Assembly: GCA_013265495.1 (NCBI GenBank) | Contig: MU058289.1 | Location: 1,423,451 to 1,487,450, forward strand | Length of the DNA stretch: 64,000 nt | DNA from: Vicugna vicugna | Taxonomy: Eukaryota | Direction of reading: 5' to 3' | Part shown: in pieces, positions 37,401 to 52,400 of the stretch | Position numbering within the stretch: the first letter of the stretch is position 1 | How the letters are laid out: each line of letters begins with the position of its first letter | Program-made: the position numbers and the translations under genes | Notes under the pieces: generated by a model | Database searches by the model: none | Told to the model about the DNA's origin: nothing | Seen by the model: the letters and a program-made list of their open reading frames with translations, nothing else

Positions 37401-40400
37401 TCCCTGAAAGCCAAAGAGAGAAGCTGGTCTCTGGCCTCCTGTGGCCAGCTTGGACACTGTCTGGACAGCCGAGGCCACCCCCACCCTCACCCAAGATCTA
37501 AAAGAACAGTCTTTGCCCTACATTCATCTCACAACCAAACAGTGGTCTCTTGTGTCTCTCCTTCATCTAAAAACTCCTCAGAAGCCTGTGGTTTATATGT
37601 GAAATTTATCTTAGAGCAAACAAAAAGTTGAGATGGTCTTTAGCTGTCCAGATTTTTAACCAGGTAGCATTAAGAGAGCTAAAAAAAATCGATCCCCAGC
37701 TGTGTTCATGATGAAAATCCACATTCGCACAGTATTCTGGAATCTGAACTGTACACCTGCGCCTTTTGCAGGCTCAGGGATCACATTCTGTAAATCACAC
37801 ACATGTCACAGCCATGGGCATTTCAGATATAGACTGCGTTAAACACGGAATTACTTCACAGACACCATCAAATAAGATCCTAGTCAGGGTAGAAGAGAGC
37901 CTCAAAAATCATCAATGTATACCAATGGTGTGTTCACAGGGACACAACATGTCACTCGGCAGCCTAGAGCCAGTCACAAACTCTGACCCCCTGAAGATTT
38001 GACCATGTGCCACTCTCTCACACAGGGACTTAAAATGGGCTGCCTCATAAGAGCGCACAAAGTCCCCATAAGGAACACCCAGGTCCCGCACTCAGTTTCC
38101 CTCCCACACTGAGACTCACCCTTCTGCGAAGAACTCTGGGAAAGGCCAGGTCCGATGGGCATCATCCATGGGCGGCCAGTGGCCACGGGGGTTGCCTGGG
38201 CGGCGACCATGCTGGACCTGCCGCTTCTGCTGCATTGCCTGGCTCACTCCTGCCACATAGCGTGCAAACTCGGGGTCCGAACCCACTGTGTTAAGACAAA
38301 GGGATACATAGGGTTTGGAGCCAAATTGGACTCTTGTTTCCTTCCCTAACTTCTGAGGATGTGTTGGTCACACACACAGTAGAAAATGGTGAAGGGCTGC
38401 CAGGGTTGTGGCCCAGAGCGGGCTGCAGGTGAGATGCGGTTCTCAGCATGTGGGTCTGAAGATGGGCTATGGTGCGTGTGTGCACAGGGACTGTAAGAAA
38501 GGGTTATGCCTAGGATAGGGGCAGGCTGAATGTGAACAAAGAAAGAGTACACAAAAGGCTTGCTTTAGCCACGACTACATTTTAAAGACAAAAACTAGTT
38601 ACTTTAAAGTTTTCCAGTGTCTAGTGCTACGTGCTTAACAACTTAGAAAATCAGACGATGACTTCAGCCCCGGAACGTTACTAAAGCATCAGGATCAGCG
38701 GCAGAGAATACATGCCCTTCTCCCTTGGGCCCAACTCTGATCCAGTATTTTCCTGGATATTAATGGCAGACCTGCTCACTCAGTCTGAAGATAATAAGGA
38801 TGGCAATGAATAGGATGAAATTTAAGAATGCTTTAAGAGGTGGATGGAAATGTACTGGACAGAACTGAGGAAGGATGTGCAGGGCAGTACAAGCAGGAGA
38901 AAAAGGCACAGGAGGCATTTAGAGAAAGAGTCAAACAGAAAGATGTGGTAGGAAAACATCCATGTCACAAATACTAGGGCACAATCCCACCCTCCGCTTG
39001 TTCTCTCAGGGCGCTGCCTCAGGACCACTGCATGAGCCTGAGCCATTGGTGCACTGCACAAAGACGTCCACACGGGGGAGAGCTGGGGCTGTGTGGGCTG
39101 GGGTGGGGGTGGGGTTACTCGGTTCTGCTCGACCCATCCAGAGTGCCCTTCCTTAGTTTGCAAAAAAAGGACTACATACACGTTATGCCCCTGGGGTGGT
39201 GTCTGCAGGAAGCTCCATTAGGGACTTGAAGGTCAGGAAGGAGCATCCAGGACGAGCAGCTGGGAGGATTCCTAGGCTAAAGATGTAAAGGCTGTCTGGG
39301 ACTTGGATAGAGATCAGAGGTGGTAAAGTTCTGCCAAACACCATTTATACTCTGGATTTAATTACATGACTGCTAGAAAATGGACAGACTGTTTATCAGC
39401 AATTGAGAAAATGTGCCATGCCCACCGTAGTGGCAGCAGCAGGGCAGCGTAGATCTGTGTGCCCCTCCTGCGCCCCAGGGGACAAGGCTCCCCACAGGCA
39501 CCCAGCCAAGGAAAGCAGGAACAAGAGAGCATGTGAGGAATTTTGAGAAGACGTACGAAAGCATTTCTTTCCTGTAATAGTTAATGTTGGGTTAATAGTC
39601 AAGCAGGGAATCTCCTCTTCTGGTAGTTATTTATATAAATATTTGCTATACTTATTTATAATATTTCACAGTGCTCCCCTTGTGAATGAAGTATATTTTC
39701 CACTTCCATATATCCTTTGCTAAATTAGAGGGAAAAAGTAATCAATTTCTACATATTTATCTGGCATCTACCCACTTTATCAGATTCATTTACTAAATTC
39801 TAGAAATTTTTTGAGGAATCTTGTTTTTTTCAGTTTTATTGTGAGCAAAGAGATGTGCTTTTTAACCTATTCTTTTTTTAGAATAATCAATTTTAATTCC
39901 ACTTTTTCCCTTTGTTTTTGTCTTGCTACATTTGCTAGAAAGTTCAAGACCAAGTTACATGCTATTGGTAGAAGCAACTGTCAGCCTGTCTGGGTCTTGA
40001 TTTTAGCTGGAATGATTGTTTCACTATACAAAGTACTACCTGCTCCTGGCTTTTGGTAGATAAGTCTCTTTTACATTCAAGACATTTTCTTCTATTCATG
40101 TTTTACTTCCGGGGGTTTACATAAGAATTGCTGGTGTCTTTTACCTACTTTCTTTACAGCATCTACTGCTGCATGAGTGTTTCTCACTTACTGGTTGAAG
40201 TGACAGATAACAATGGCAGAGCCCTTTATCCTGAACTACCTTACACTCCTGAAGTAAACCAGGTCTAACTTTTTCCACGCACTGTTAGATTTTCTTGCAT
40301 CTACCTACACTCACAAAAAGTGTTTATGGTAAAATCATGTTTGCTTTCCCTTTCCAATCTCTCATCCTGGAATAGATCCAGGAAGGTTTTACACTTCCTG

Positions 40401-43400
40401 GTGCAGTTTTTGGTAACGTGTGCTTTCTTAGCAAAGAATCCATTTTCCATTCAGTTTTCAAATACATTGTCATTAAGTCATATGTAGATGTCTTTAAGTC
40501 CTTTTAATCGCCCCTGTATCTGCAGTTATGTCTCCTTTTTTTCCTAATTTTGTTTCTTTTTGCTCTCTCTTAATTGGGCTTACAATAAATTGGTTTCTCC
40601 ATTTTATTGGTCTTCTAAAGATCCTTCTTTTAGATTAAATGTCTACTGTATTTTAATTCTGGCTTTTATCTTCTTTTAAAAAACTGAAGTATAGTTGATT
40701 TACAATATTGTGTTAGTTTCAGGTAAACGACAACTTTTATCCTTAATTAACTCCTCCTCCTAGCTTGTTTTTGTTTTGCTTTTAAATTCTTTTTCTAATT
40801 TCTTAAGACAACTCTGGTGGTATTTTCACACTGTCTGGGCCAGGAGAAGCCATAGTCTATGAAGGCAGGAGGGTGCCTTACCACCTTTCACAGGTCCTAG
40901 AGTTTAGGTTAAATAATAAAAAAAAAATCACAGAATAGGTTATATAACCAGGAAAAAGCAGTCAACAAAGGGTCAGCCACCATGGCTCCCAAAAATGGGA
41001 GGACCAGATTGGAGTGCACTTGAACTATGGGACCTTGAGCCATTTAAGTAGCTTCTCTTAGCCTCCAGCTTGTCCTCTGTAAAGTGAGAAAATTCCATTT
41101 ACTTTCTCAGACTCATTCTCACCACTGCTCCCTACCTTTGATGGATCTGCCCCACACTTGCCACCAGATAGTGAGAAAGGTCTTTAAAGGGGGATTAAGT
41201 CACGGCCTCCCACAAGTAAGACTGTGGCAGATGGGCTCTATGAAGTCTGTGGTGATTACATTTATGTTAAAACTCCAGGGTGGGGACGGAGGCTCACATA
41301 CCTGCAGGATCAAAAGGCAGAATCTCTCCCAACATTCCAAAGACTCCATCGCTTTGGTCACGGTTTGGCCAGGTGTTATTTCTAGGTCCCTGTGGCTTCT
41401 GCCCCAAAACCTCCGACATCACATTATCCATATAGCTGCTCACCAGACCCAAGCTGTACAAGTCAGAACTGAGATCAGACATGCCAGGCCACTGGCCGAG
41501 AGGAGACAGACCCGCTCCAACGGGCTGTGCTGGCTGCTGGGATGAGCCGTGTACCCATTTCCCAGGGGCCCGAGGCTGGGGTGGGGGCGGCTGTGGTCCA
41601 ACGGGTTGGAGCAGGTGTTGGTAGTACTGGACTTGGGGTTGTTGCTGCTTTGGGGACTGCTGCTGAGGTGCCAGGCCCGGCTGGGGTGTCAGGGGTGTAT
41701 GTGCCCCAGCCTGAGGTGGCCGCGGTGGAGGGGGCACTGGCAGTGACGGCTGCTGCGGCTGCATGGCTCCTGCCTTCGGCTCAGTCACCATGGCTGTGAC
41801 AGCAGAATTACGTCTTGTCACCAATGGGGAGCCCTGATGTGACTGGCCCATGTTAAAGCCCGAAAGAAAATCTATCACCTCCTGCATTTCCTGATCAGTT
41901 GGTAAGTTCATTCCCTTCTCATCCTTGCCATCATCCACTTGCAGGAAGTTGTCACGCCTTTCCATGAGAAAACCATTGGCCATTTGATTACTGGAATTCT
42001 GAGCTGACTGTGAAGGGTCTGTAGTCCTAGGGAAACTGCCAATGTTCAAAATGCTTTGTAACCTTGAGTCAATATTACTGGGCATTTTGGCCTTCTCTTC
42101 TGAACACCCAGCTATGAAGATATTTTTGGAAGGGGTATTTGGAATGGAGTAATTGGTGCTGCTGCTGGAGCTGGTACACGAAGCTTTCTTGGTGAACCGG
42201 GACGTCAGTTTGGAGAATGTCTTCTGCAGGCCACCTGAAGATTTGTTTCCATTCCCAGAAGGCAGGTCAGTCTGATTCCCAAAATCACAGATCTCTCTTT
42301 GAAGCTGGATTTGTATGCAGGGTAAAGCTTGTTCCCTGTTTAAACAGGAATGTATTTTTTAAAAAGACAGATACACAAAGTGGACAATGAAATGGACCTC
42401 TTTGGTATTTAAGAAAGACTTTAAGAATAAAAAGATCTCTGTTGGTACCAGGTTCACTAATTTTATAGCTAAATAGATAGCCAAGAGTTTTAAAAGTACA
42501 TAATTTAAGCATTTACTATCTACATTTATCACAAAAAAATCCACCGTGTCTAACACAAGGCTGTGAAAACTACATTAGGATTCTAGCCTGAGGAATTTAA
42601 GTGAAACTGTCTGACTGCAGCACAAGAAAGCAAAGTGTGGCTGGGGTGGGAGACGCAATTGGTAGAGGCCAGTTGTGCACCCGGATCATGGTGACAGAGT
42701 CTGGCAGATCCAGCAGAGAAACCATGGACAAATCTTCACAGCAGAGGGGGTGAGTGGGCAGGACTCAGGGACACCACGCAGCACTGTTGTCTTTAGAATT
42801 TACAGACAGTGCCAGCAACAGATGGTTGTTACTTCCAAAGTTTTCTGAGCACTTTTTCCTAGTACTGAAAGAAAGAAAGTCCTAGAGATAGAAAGGGCAT
42901 GGGGTGGGAGCTGGGTAGGCGATGGCTGGTGTGACCCTAGGTAAGTCACCTGACAGAGTTCAGGGCCTTTGCACGCTCATGAGTGAAGAAAGGGGGAGGG
43001 CATGGCTAGATCATTAAGGTTCTGACTGGTTCTAAAGCTAATTCACAAAGAGGTAATCTTGCAGCTGTCAGCTACTTTCAGATATAAATAAATTTCATGT
43101 AAGACATAAGTAAATTTTCTAAACATTTCTCTACTCTTAGTTCATAAGGAGAATGTGGGTTGGGTTAAAATCTTCTTGATGAATTTAACTCTGAAATGAT
43201 AAAACAAACGAAGGCAAAAATGTTAACTACCTGGGGTATCTGGGTAAAGGGCATAGAGTAATTCTTTGTAACTTTTGCAACTTTTCTGTAAGTTTGAAAT
43301 TATCCCAAAATAAAAAGTTGCCCCAAAGTTCCTTTTCTTGCCTTAATTACTCACATCCTAACAGTGACCTGAGCTCACATGACCATATATATCCATATGG

Positions 43401-46400
43401 TCACACTGTCCCTAGGTGTGGACCTGAATGTAAACCAATTCGAGTGATAGGTGGGGACACCAACCTCCCTGCCCTCCAGCGGGTGAGGTCCAGCACAGCC
43501 GTGTACAGCACGTCCACCAGACCCAGGGTCTTCTCAGGATCGAGGCTTCTCTGCAGCAGGGACATGGTAGCAGGGTCTTCTTTCAGGCACCTAGGCACAA
43601 GCCAGGCTGTGTTAGTCTGGGCTGCCCTTCTCTGCAAAGGTATTTCAAGCAGGTCTTGTACAAAAAGGCCACAACTTTTATGTACTTTTGGCAAAAAATA
43701 AAAGTTTAGCAATTGTAAGAACACTTGGAGGATGACAGGGCTGACAGTTAACTTGCTGCTCTGCGAGAGGAGGAGGAAGCAATTGGGTCTGGGGTCTCTA
43801 GAGATTCTAACTGTCCAGAGTCTGCTTAGTAGGAAGAGGAGAGTTTGGTGGAGGCGCTGCTTTGCAGGGGCCCTAATGCCCTCTCACTGTCCAACAGGCT
43901 TCGGTCCTGACTTTCCTCTCCACGCTGCTGAGATCCTGTGGTCTGGCACAGTACCTACTTCTTCACAAACTTTTTCCATAACACCCTACCCCTCCCTTCC
44001 TCTAGAGCAGACCTGTACCTGAGAAACCAAAGGTCAGGGGAGGGGAAAAAAAATTTGCCAACCTGGACTCATGGCAAATTTCATATAAGCAACAAACATG
44101 GTCTTCCCATAAATTAATTTTTTCCCTTTCCAAGATGACTATTTCACACCCCCGTCTCCTCAGAGCTCTGCTATTGCTGCCATCTTCCCTTCTGTCCTAG
44201 CTCAACTCTCACTTAATTGAGAAAACACATAAGCAGATGAGATCTATTTCAGCTACCCTCACCACTAACTCCACAGCTCACCAGTGTCTGCCCACTCGCC
44301 CTGCCTTCTCCCGCTGTCATAGCAGAAGACACGCCCCACTTTTGCCACAGGCCGACCCTCCACCCGGGTACTGCATGCTATGTAGCCTCTTGCTTTCCAA
44401 AGGACCTCTTCGAGTAATCACTCCATTTCTCCCCGGTGATACTCCTTTTGGCAAACAAACCAGCCTCACCAACCACCTTCTCTTAGCCCCACATTCTGCT
44501 CCAGATACGGCCCCACTTCCGTTAAATGCTCCCCATTTTAACACACTGTCTCCTCCTCTTCCTTACCCCCTATACTCCTCTCACCCACTCTCACCAGGCT
44601 TTCATCCCCCTAACTCCATGAAAACAGCTTTTATCAGACAACTGAGATCTTGCCAAAGTCAGGGTCAGTTACCGGTCTCCACTGTATTCAATCTCTCAGC
44701 AACGTCATGCAATGTCTCTTTCCCCCTGGATCACTGTCTTCTGCAGCCTTGGTGACCCGACTTGCTCAATTTTCCTCCCACCTGTCTGGCAGCTCCCTTC
44801 TGGTCTCGTGCCCCTCCTTCCCCTCCCTCTGTATGCTGGCACACTCCAGGCTTCGCTCTTTCTTCCTAGAGGACTGCATCTGATCCTGTGGCTTTTGAGT
44901 TCCCTACACTGGAGACTCAAATTGTTTTTGCCAGTCTAGACCTTCCTCCTGATCTCCACCCTCACATATCTAACTGCACACTCAACAGCACTCCCCACAC
45001 ACCTACTAGGCAGCTCAAAGGGAGCCACAACCCTTGATCCCTCTCCTCCCCGCCAAAGCCATTCTGATTCCTATGATTTCCTCAGTAAGGACACAACACA
45101 ACTGTCTACCTACAAGTCATCTCCAGCTTCCTCATTCAATCTATCAGCAAACCCTGACAGCCTTTCTTCTAAAACATAATCCAAATCCAGGCCTCCCTCA
45201 TTCCTGCTCTACTCCAGGAAACCACCACCACCTGGGTCTCAGGGCCAGCCTCCCACCTGGTCTCCTTTCCTCCACTCTTGTACCTCCAGGGCCCATCCTC
45301 CGCACAGCAGCAGACTGAGCCTCCTGCGGCGTGAATTGGAATATACCACTCCCCTGTTTATTTAACACCCTCTAGTGGCAACCCATCATGACTGAAATAA
45401 AATCCACACCCCTCACACCACAGCCCTGAAGGCTCTTTGTGACCTGGCCCTCCTGCCTCTCTGGCCACACCTCTCTTCACCGTCACCCCTATTCACTTTG
45501 TTCCAGCTACAAGTCCTTCTCATGTGCCCTGAATATGTTGGGTTTGCCCACATCTCAGGACCTTCACCTTCTCCCGAACTGCTCCCACATGAAAGCCGAT
45601 TCCCACCATTCAGGTCCCCACTGCCCATCCAGGGCACGTTTACCAAGAGGCCTTTTCTGAGAGGGAGAACCAGGAAGATGCTATCTGTCTGTGCCTGGGC
45701 ACTCTGGGAGTTACACGGTGAAGTCAGCACTTGCGAAGCCGTCCTAAGGAGGCAGCAGTCCTCTACAATGATACTCTGGCTTGAGAAGAAACCTATCTGT
45801 GAGGATGTGAGCTGTCTAGCCTCAGAAACACTGGAAAAAGCATGCAGCAGGGCAAGCTCTGCCAGTGCCCAACAAGATCCTGGACTCCTGGGAGAGAATC
45901 CTGGCCAGCGGACCTGGCTGAGGCTCAGGCACCCGGTTCTCTCAGCCTGGAATCCTGATTACCAGGATATACTTGCTCTTTGCTCCCAAGCCAACTTCTG
46001 CTTGTGATCTGCCTGGCCACACGTGTGCCCACTGGGAGAGCATTTTCTGGTCATGTGGAAAGAAGTGCTATAGTTCCTGGCAGCAATACTTTCTCTTTCT
46101 GAAAATCAACACATTGGCATTTTTATTTTATTCATCAGTCTTGAGAGCTGACAATAAAATCCCTTTAAGAGACTAAACTCATTCTTTTGATAAATCACCC
46201 AGACTGGCTTAAAACCCCCTACGTGTTCTTAGATAAAATCCAAGTGCCTCAGGGACGCTGCAAGTCCTGGGTCCTGTGTGAGAACCCTGGGAGGTTCTGT
46301 GACTTCCTGTCTTCCTCATCACCGGGCACTTCTCCAGCTAGGCCAGTTCATGCCTCAGGCCTTTGCACTTGCTGTTTCTTCTGCCTGGAATGCTCTCCTT

Positions 46401-49400
46401 ATCTGCTCTCTGCATGGCCTGCTCCTCTCAAATGTCACATGCTCAAAGAGACCCTTCATGTCCGACCTCCTCGTCCAAAATAGCCTCCCCCCCACCTCTA
46501 CCCCGGCTATTCTCTATCAGATGACGTCACTCTACTCTTATTCCCCTTGTGTGCTGGCCAGTGTTTGAACTTAACACCTATGCTTATTAGCTGTCCCCTC
46601 CCCGACCGCCACTCCATTACAAAGCCAGCTCTATTAGGAGCAGGGACCCTGTCTGTCTTGCTCATGATTAAATTCCCAGAGCCTAGAACAGTGTCTGTCA
46701 TACAGTAGGCACTCAATAAATATTTGCTGAAAGAAAGAATGAGTGAATAGCTTAAATATGACAGTTTAGAAATCTAAGTAAGGCATTACTTTGGGGGAAA
46801 AAAGTATCTGGCAGCTAGACACTTCATTTTATTAAAAGCAAAGCATATAATAAATTCTTGACTAGCTTTGCTAAGAATTTCATTTTTTCCAAAGATGGAG
46901 TAAAGCAATCACTTCTTTTCTTCTTCTCAACAAGCACACATTTTGTAATACTTCAAGAAACAAAAACATAAAACTGTATTTTTACCAAAAGTAGCCAGTA
47001 GAGGGAGCCCCTTCATATACTCACAGTCTATGAGGTCTTTCATGGAGGTAAAATGAATTACAAAGGAAATGAATCATACAGGGAGAGTTTTAGAAGCAAA
47101 CTGCAGTGTTAATCATTTTAGCACTCACTATTTATATTCACCCAATCATCAAGAGCTCAAAATTCTTCCTTTAAAAGGAGAATCCTGGTTAACCTTAATA
47201 TTTTTCAATAAGAACTTGAATTAGCAAATAAATTAAGAATTCTGGAACACAAAAATGTTACAAAAAAGTGACCTTCTAATTTATTGTTTGACAGGAATGA
47301 AAATATGTACTTATATTAACATTACACCATTCTCTATAATCAAATTTCAAAATTTGGGGAGGAAACTCACTGAGGGGAGGTTTTGGGGCATGAAGTGAAT
47401 TGCCAACCCTTACTTGAGACATCAATAAGTTCTAAAACTTTTGGCAGAATCTACTACTGGACTCTCACATTTCAAAAAGAGATGTTTCAGGTGGAGGGTG
47501 GGAAGGGATAGACTGGGATTCAAAATTGTAGGATAAACAAGATTACACTGTATAGCACAGGGAAATATACACAAAATGTTATAATAACTTACAGAGAAAA
47601 AAATGTGACAATGAGTGTGTATATGTCCATGAATGACTGAAAAATTGTGCTGAACACTGGAATTTGACACAACATTGTAAAATGATTATAAATCAATAAA
47701 AAATGTTAAAAAAAAAGAGATGTTTCAATATAATCTGAATGCATTACCCAGCTACCACTTCAGTCCACACAGGCACCAACAGTGCCACTGTTACTATCTC
47801 TATCTCTTCCCAACTAGATGCTTTAAACATTTTCTATAGAAATATTCATTCTGATAATTTTAATAGCAAACGTCTTCTGATAATGGTTGATTTTTTATTA
47901 ATAAAGCTGTGATGCCGATCTGCGAGCTGAATCTGTACACACATCCCAAGGATAAATCCCTAGAGGTCGAACTGCTGAGGTCACAGCCCTTAACTTAGGC
48001 TTCTGATAAAGAAAATTGCCCCCCAGAAAGGCTGTGTGATTTATTCAACAACGTCTATGACTGCTGTTGTACAGTCTGGTCCAGATCTAGCATTGTTATT
48101 CTAAAACGATCTGACAACACGATGGGCAAAATGACGTCGTGCTGTTTCTCTGCTTTCCTTTCCTTTCTTTGTTGGTGAGTCTGCACATGTTCATCATCTC
48201 TTTGTTGACTACATCTCTTCTGATTTTCCTGTCTGTGTGCCTTGCCCATTTCTTATTGATTTGTAGGAGCTTTTGTTTAAATAAGCTAAGAAGAATATTT
48301 TATTATAAGTTCACAAATATAATCAAATAATTAAAAACAAAAACAGCTCAGTCTGTCTCCGGACTCGCAATGACACTGGGTATATGAAGACACGAGCTAC
48401 AGCTCATCCAGGCTGCTGTGGGAACAAAGGAGGAAGAGGAACCCTAGTTTCTGTACTCAGCTTTGGAGAAACACCAGGTGACTTAGGGAAAATAATACAC
48501 TCTGTTCAAAAGCTGTGGACTCAGATAACACAAAAAAGGTAATATTGCTCATTATGATCCATGAGTATGTAACATTTTCGTTAAATTTATTGGTCAATGA
48601 GACATTTTTCAGACACCTTGGCTTCCTTATCAGGTGCTGATAATCTTGACACATGAGATTAACACACCACCACTGACCACAAACCCGCACAGGTAGTTAA
48701 GACTTGTCATGTGAGATAGTGTGGGGTTTGTCCAAAATAATGCAATCTTCAAAGATGTCCACACTTCAATTAGAGCTTAGGCTTGTGTTAATGTAAGAGT
48801 CACATTACCATGTGGACGGGACTTGAACCACGATTCTGGAGCCTTCTAAACTGATCTGGGGGGCATAGGCTTCTTTATTTTCTATTTGTGCCGTGTCAAC
48901 TACCACCTAAGAGAGAAACAACAACAATAATCAGCTTTCAGAGAGGAAAATGGATCATAAATAAATCTAATACACAAGCCTATCAATGCTGAGTGACTCT
49001 GGTGAAAACCACTTCCCCGGCAAGACAGTTACGCAGGGCCCAGTCAGAATCCCCAGTGGAGACAACAGCAAATGATAAAGATGACTGAAAACAGTCATCC
49101 TTAATACTTTAATAAACAGAAACCAAATTCGTGGTGTAGGATGTACGGAACTTTGCAATCATTTTTTGTACTTCTTCCAAATTATAAATATGTTAATTAG
49201 GGATTACTTTGTTTCCTTTATGTTAGTATTTTTTTATTTTATGCACTTGAAAGAAGTAAAAATGTCATGAAAAATTAAACCAATACTTCAGAAAAGCCTA
49301 TCTGTAATGACTGAAAACAAGCCAGAAGTGGATGAAGCTTTCTGTAAAGATCATTTTATTCTCAACCATCAATAGAATGGTTACTTCAGGAAAAATGAAG

Positions 49401-52400
49401 AACCAACCCTTTTCTCCATGATTTCCTCTTATTTAGAGAAGTCTTTAATATTATTACATGGACGCTATAGAATCCTTTGTTGTTTAAAGAGTATGACAAA
49501 GTGATGAATATATTTTCAAATAACTAAAATAATTTTAAGAAAATAATTATAGAACACTTTAAAACCAAATCTGTAATATTTCATAAGAGGCAAAGCCATG
49601 CAGAGTTGCTTATTATGATTCCAACTTCAGCCTCTAATGGAGCTGATTTCTACTGCTACAGAGTTCCCACAGCTGGTTTGCAATGTCCTTTGGAAAGGGC
49701 TTCCTGTCCAAGCAACAGCCATTGTTGGAACAGGCAGGTGTTTCCTCTCCCCTCCCACCCCCAGAATCATAATCAAAAAGTTTTTCATCAGTTACACACA
49801 AAGGTGCTCTGGGAACTAGGAAGAAGTTTCTGCTTTCAGTATAACATGGGACTTTTATGGTTTTTTTTAAGCTAAGTTTTCTCAAAGCAGCCTGTGGGTC
49901 CTCCTGCTTTATTTTACATACTCCACTCTGGAGAACTTATTGCCACAGTTCTCTTAGTTTCAGCTAAAATGGTCTTTGGGCATATGGATCAATCTTCTAA
50001 AAGCAGTGGGCTCTTCCACACTTCAGCAGGGATCTCCAGTTTACTCCTTTTCTTAGGGGTTCCTATACTAAGGAACAGATCCTAAGGGAAGTGTAACTCA
50101 TCCCACCTGGTCCTCTACAAGGCAGCACCACCCTGAGCTGGGCCACCTGAGCCCTCACTCACACCAAACAAAAGGACAGCTTCCTCCCAACAGTTCCTTT
50201 TATAAATAAAGTAGGAATTAGGTTAAGAAACAGTTCTTTACTTTTCTTAGCCTCTAATTAGGTTCCTTTAATCTCTGAAATGCTGCAATTTTTCAAAAAG
50301 TCATTTAACTCTAGAAAGTAGGATTAAGTACAGAAGGTGATATAGGTCAAAGGTGCCTAACAAAAAAACTAGATGTTGATTTCCTGACTCCACCCAACTT
50401 TGGCAAAAGTTATTCTTCTCACCACAGGTGAAAAGACCAAACCTATTTCTGAGTTGATGTTATTTTACTGCTAAGAAGCAGACAAACAGAGAGCTGGGAT
50501 AACAAGTGACTGGACAGGGGTACTACTTATACCACAGAGGAGGTGACATTTGAGCTGACATCGGACAGATGAAGAGCAAGTCACACGAAGATCTCAGAGG
50601 AGTATCCTCAGGTAAAAGGAGCACCAAGGGCAAGGGCCTGTGACAGGAAGAAGCTTGGTGTGTTTGAGCAACAGGAAGACATCCACTGTAGCTCCAGAGC
50701 AGTCAGGCCAGGTCAAGGGGCTCTAGCAAATCATTACTAATGGAATGGGTTCCTTAAAATAAGGAAAGCCTGCGACATCATTTTGCAACTAGGTTCCCTG
50801 CAAATACATGTTATCAATCTATAAAAGAAACAAAATGACTTTTTATAATGCTCTTCCTTTACCTTTTCTATCTGGTCTAAACTCTGTAGCACCAAAGAGC
50901 TTTTTAAATTATCCAGTATTCTCATACATGTGCCCATACCACATCCTCACATGCTTAAAAAGTCTTTCTCTACTCTCTCTTTTATCCATCACACAGTCAC
51001 TCACCAGCCCAGCTTGGCCAAACAGCAGCTGCACGGCCGTCTTGCAGGCACCCCGCCATGTGGACGGGCACACCTGGTTCAGGACTTCAGTCACAGGAAA
51101 ATCATCCCTGGGCGTGATTCCATTGTAGCAGCCTGCCTCCTTGATCAGCTGTAACATTGTGTGCTACCGATTGATAAAAAGAGAGTTCACGCCTCCGAAT
51201 AAAGCCATACAAAGTTCTAAAATTTGTAGAAATGTATTTACAAGTACACAATAGACCTCAAGAGAAAATCAATTTATGCACTACTCCCAGATCATGTCAT
51301 CTTAATTTCTTAAGTAATTATCCTTAGATACCTTGGAAGACTCTCAATCCTGTAGAGTGAATGGCTAGATATGGACACACATGCATTAAGAGACATATGA
51401 TTTCTATAATAGCACAAAATACAGCAATATTTAGCAATCTGTGGATGCAAATTGGTTGAGGAATTTTGAAATTCTGAATCCTTTTGAATAGGGAAACAAA
51501 TCATCTGGTAGATGTAATACTAATGAAAACCTCATCTTTGTTTTAGATGACCAAGTGGTTAGGTATGCAAGCTCTGGAAACAGACTGCAAAAGCTTAAAT
51601 TCCAGTCTACTACTTTCTAGCTGTGTGACCTTGGGCCTCAGTTCCTCTGTCTGTCAAATGGAGGAAAGGGCAGTGCCCACCTGGTGGGTGATCATTAACT
51701 GAGACTGCATGGGAAGCACCTGACACTGTCTGGCACACATGATGCTCCACAATTGGTCAGAATTACTGCATTATGACAAGATTTCTCCTCTTATTTATTT
51801 CAAGAAAGTCTACTGAAACATTCCTCATAAGCAGTATTTTATAGTGTACTTTCAAAACTGTTATGTTAACTTTGAACAAAATTATAAATAAAACTAAACT
51901 GGCGAATGTCTCATTAAAAACATCACCCTAGTCTGCTTTTTGACAGTTTACTAAGGAAGGTCAGTGCCTCTTGCCTTCACTTCAGTTTGGCTTTTTAATC
52001 TAGATTCCTTACAAGCCCTCAGGTTTCCTTAAGAACTCTATTTTCAAGTTCACAGCCAGGTTGCTGGAACCCCATGGAAAGCTACCGTCTTAAGTTTCAG
52101 ATTGTCAGCGGCCGACTCGTTGAAGGAGACACCCTTCAGGAAGCTGGATCCTATCTGCACGGGGACGGTGGGAAGCTCACACTGCATGGGCTGCGGGGGG
52201 GTCTGCCTCCGCCCCGTCTGCTGCGCTTCCGCCTCGCTGCAGCAGCCCTGGAGAGGGTGGGATGGGAGAGGCAGGTGACCCACAGCTCATCTCTCAAGAC
52301 ACCTGGCTCATGTGGTGGAGTGACTGCCACACCACAGCTCCCAGGAGCCACCAGAAAGAAAAGCGTACCTGCAAACTGGCTTCAATTGCCTTAGGATTCA

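Noticed and set aside
49634..49990. Possible processed-pseudogene fragment in a GARRE1 intron
   Set aside because: I could not recognise a parent protein, poly-A tail or TSD; it would need a tblastx search.
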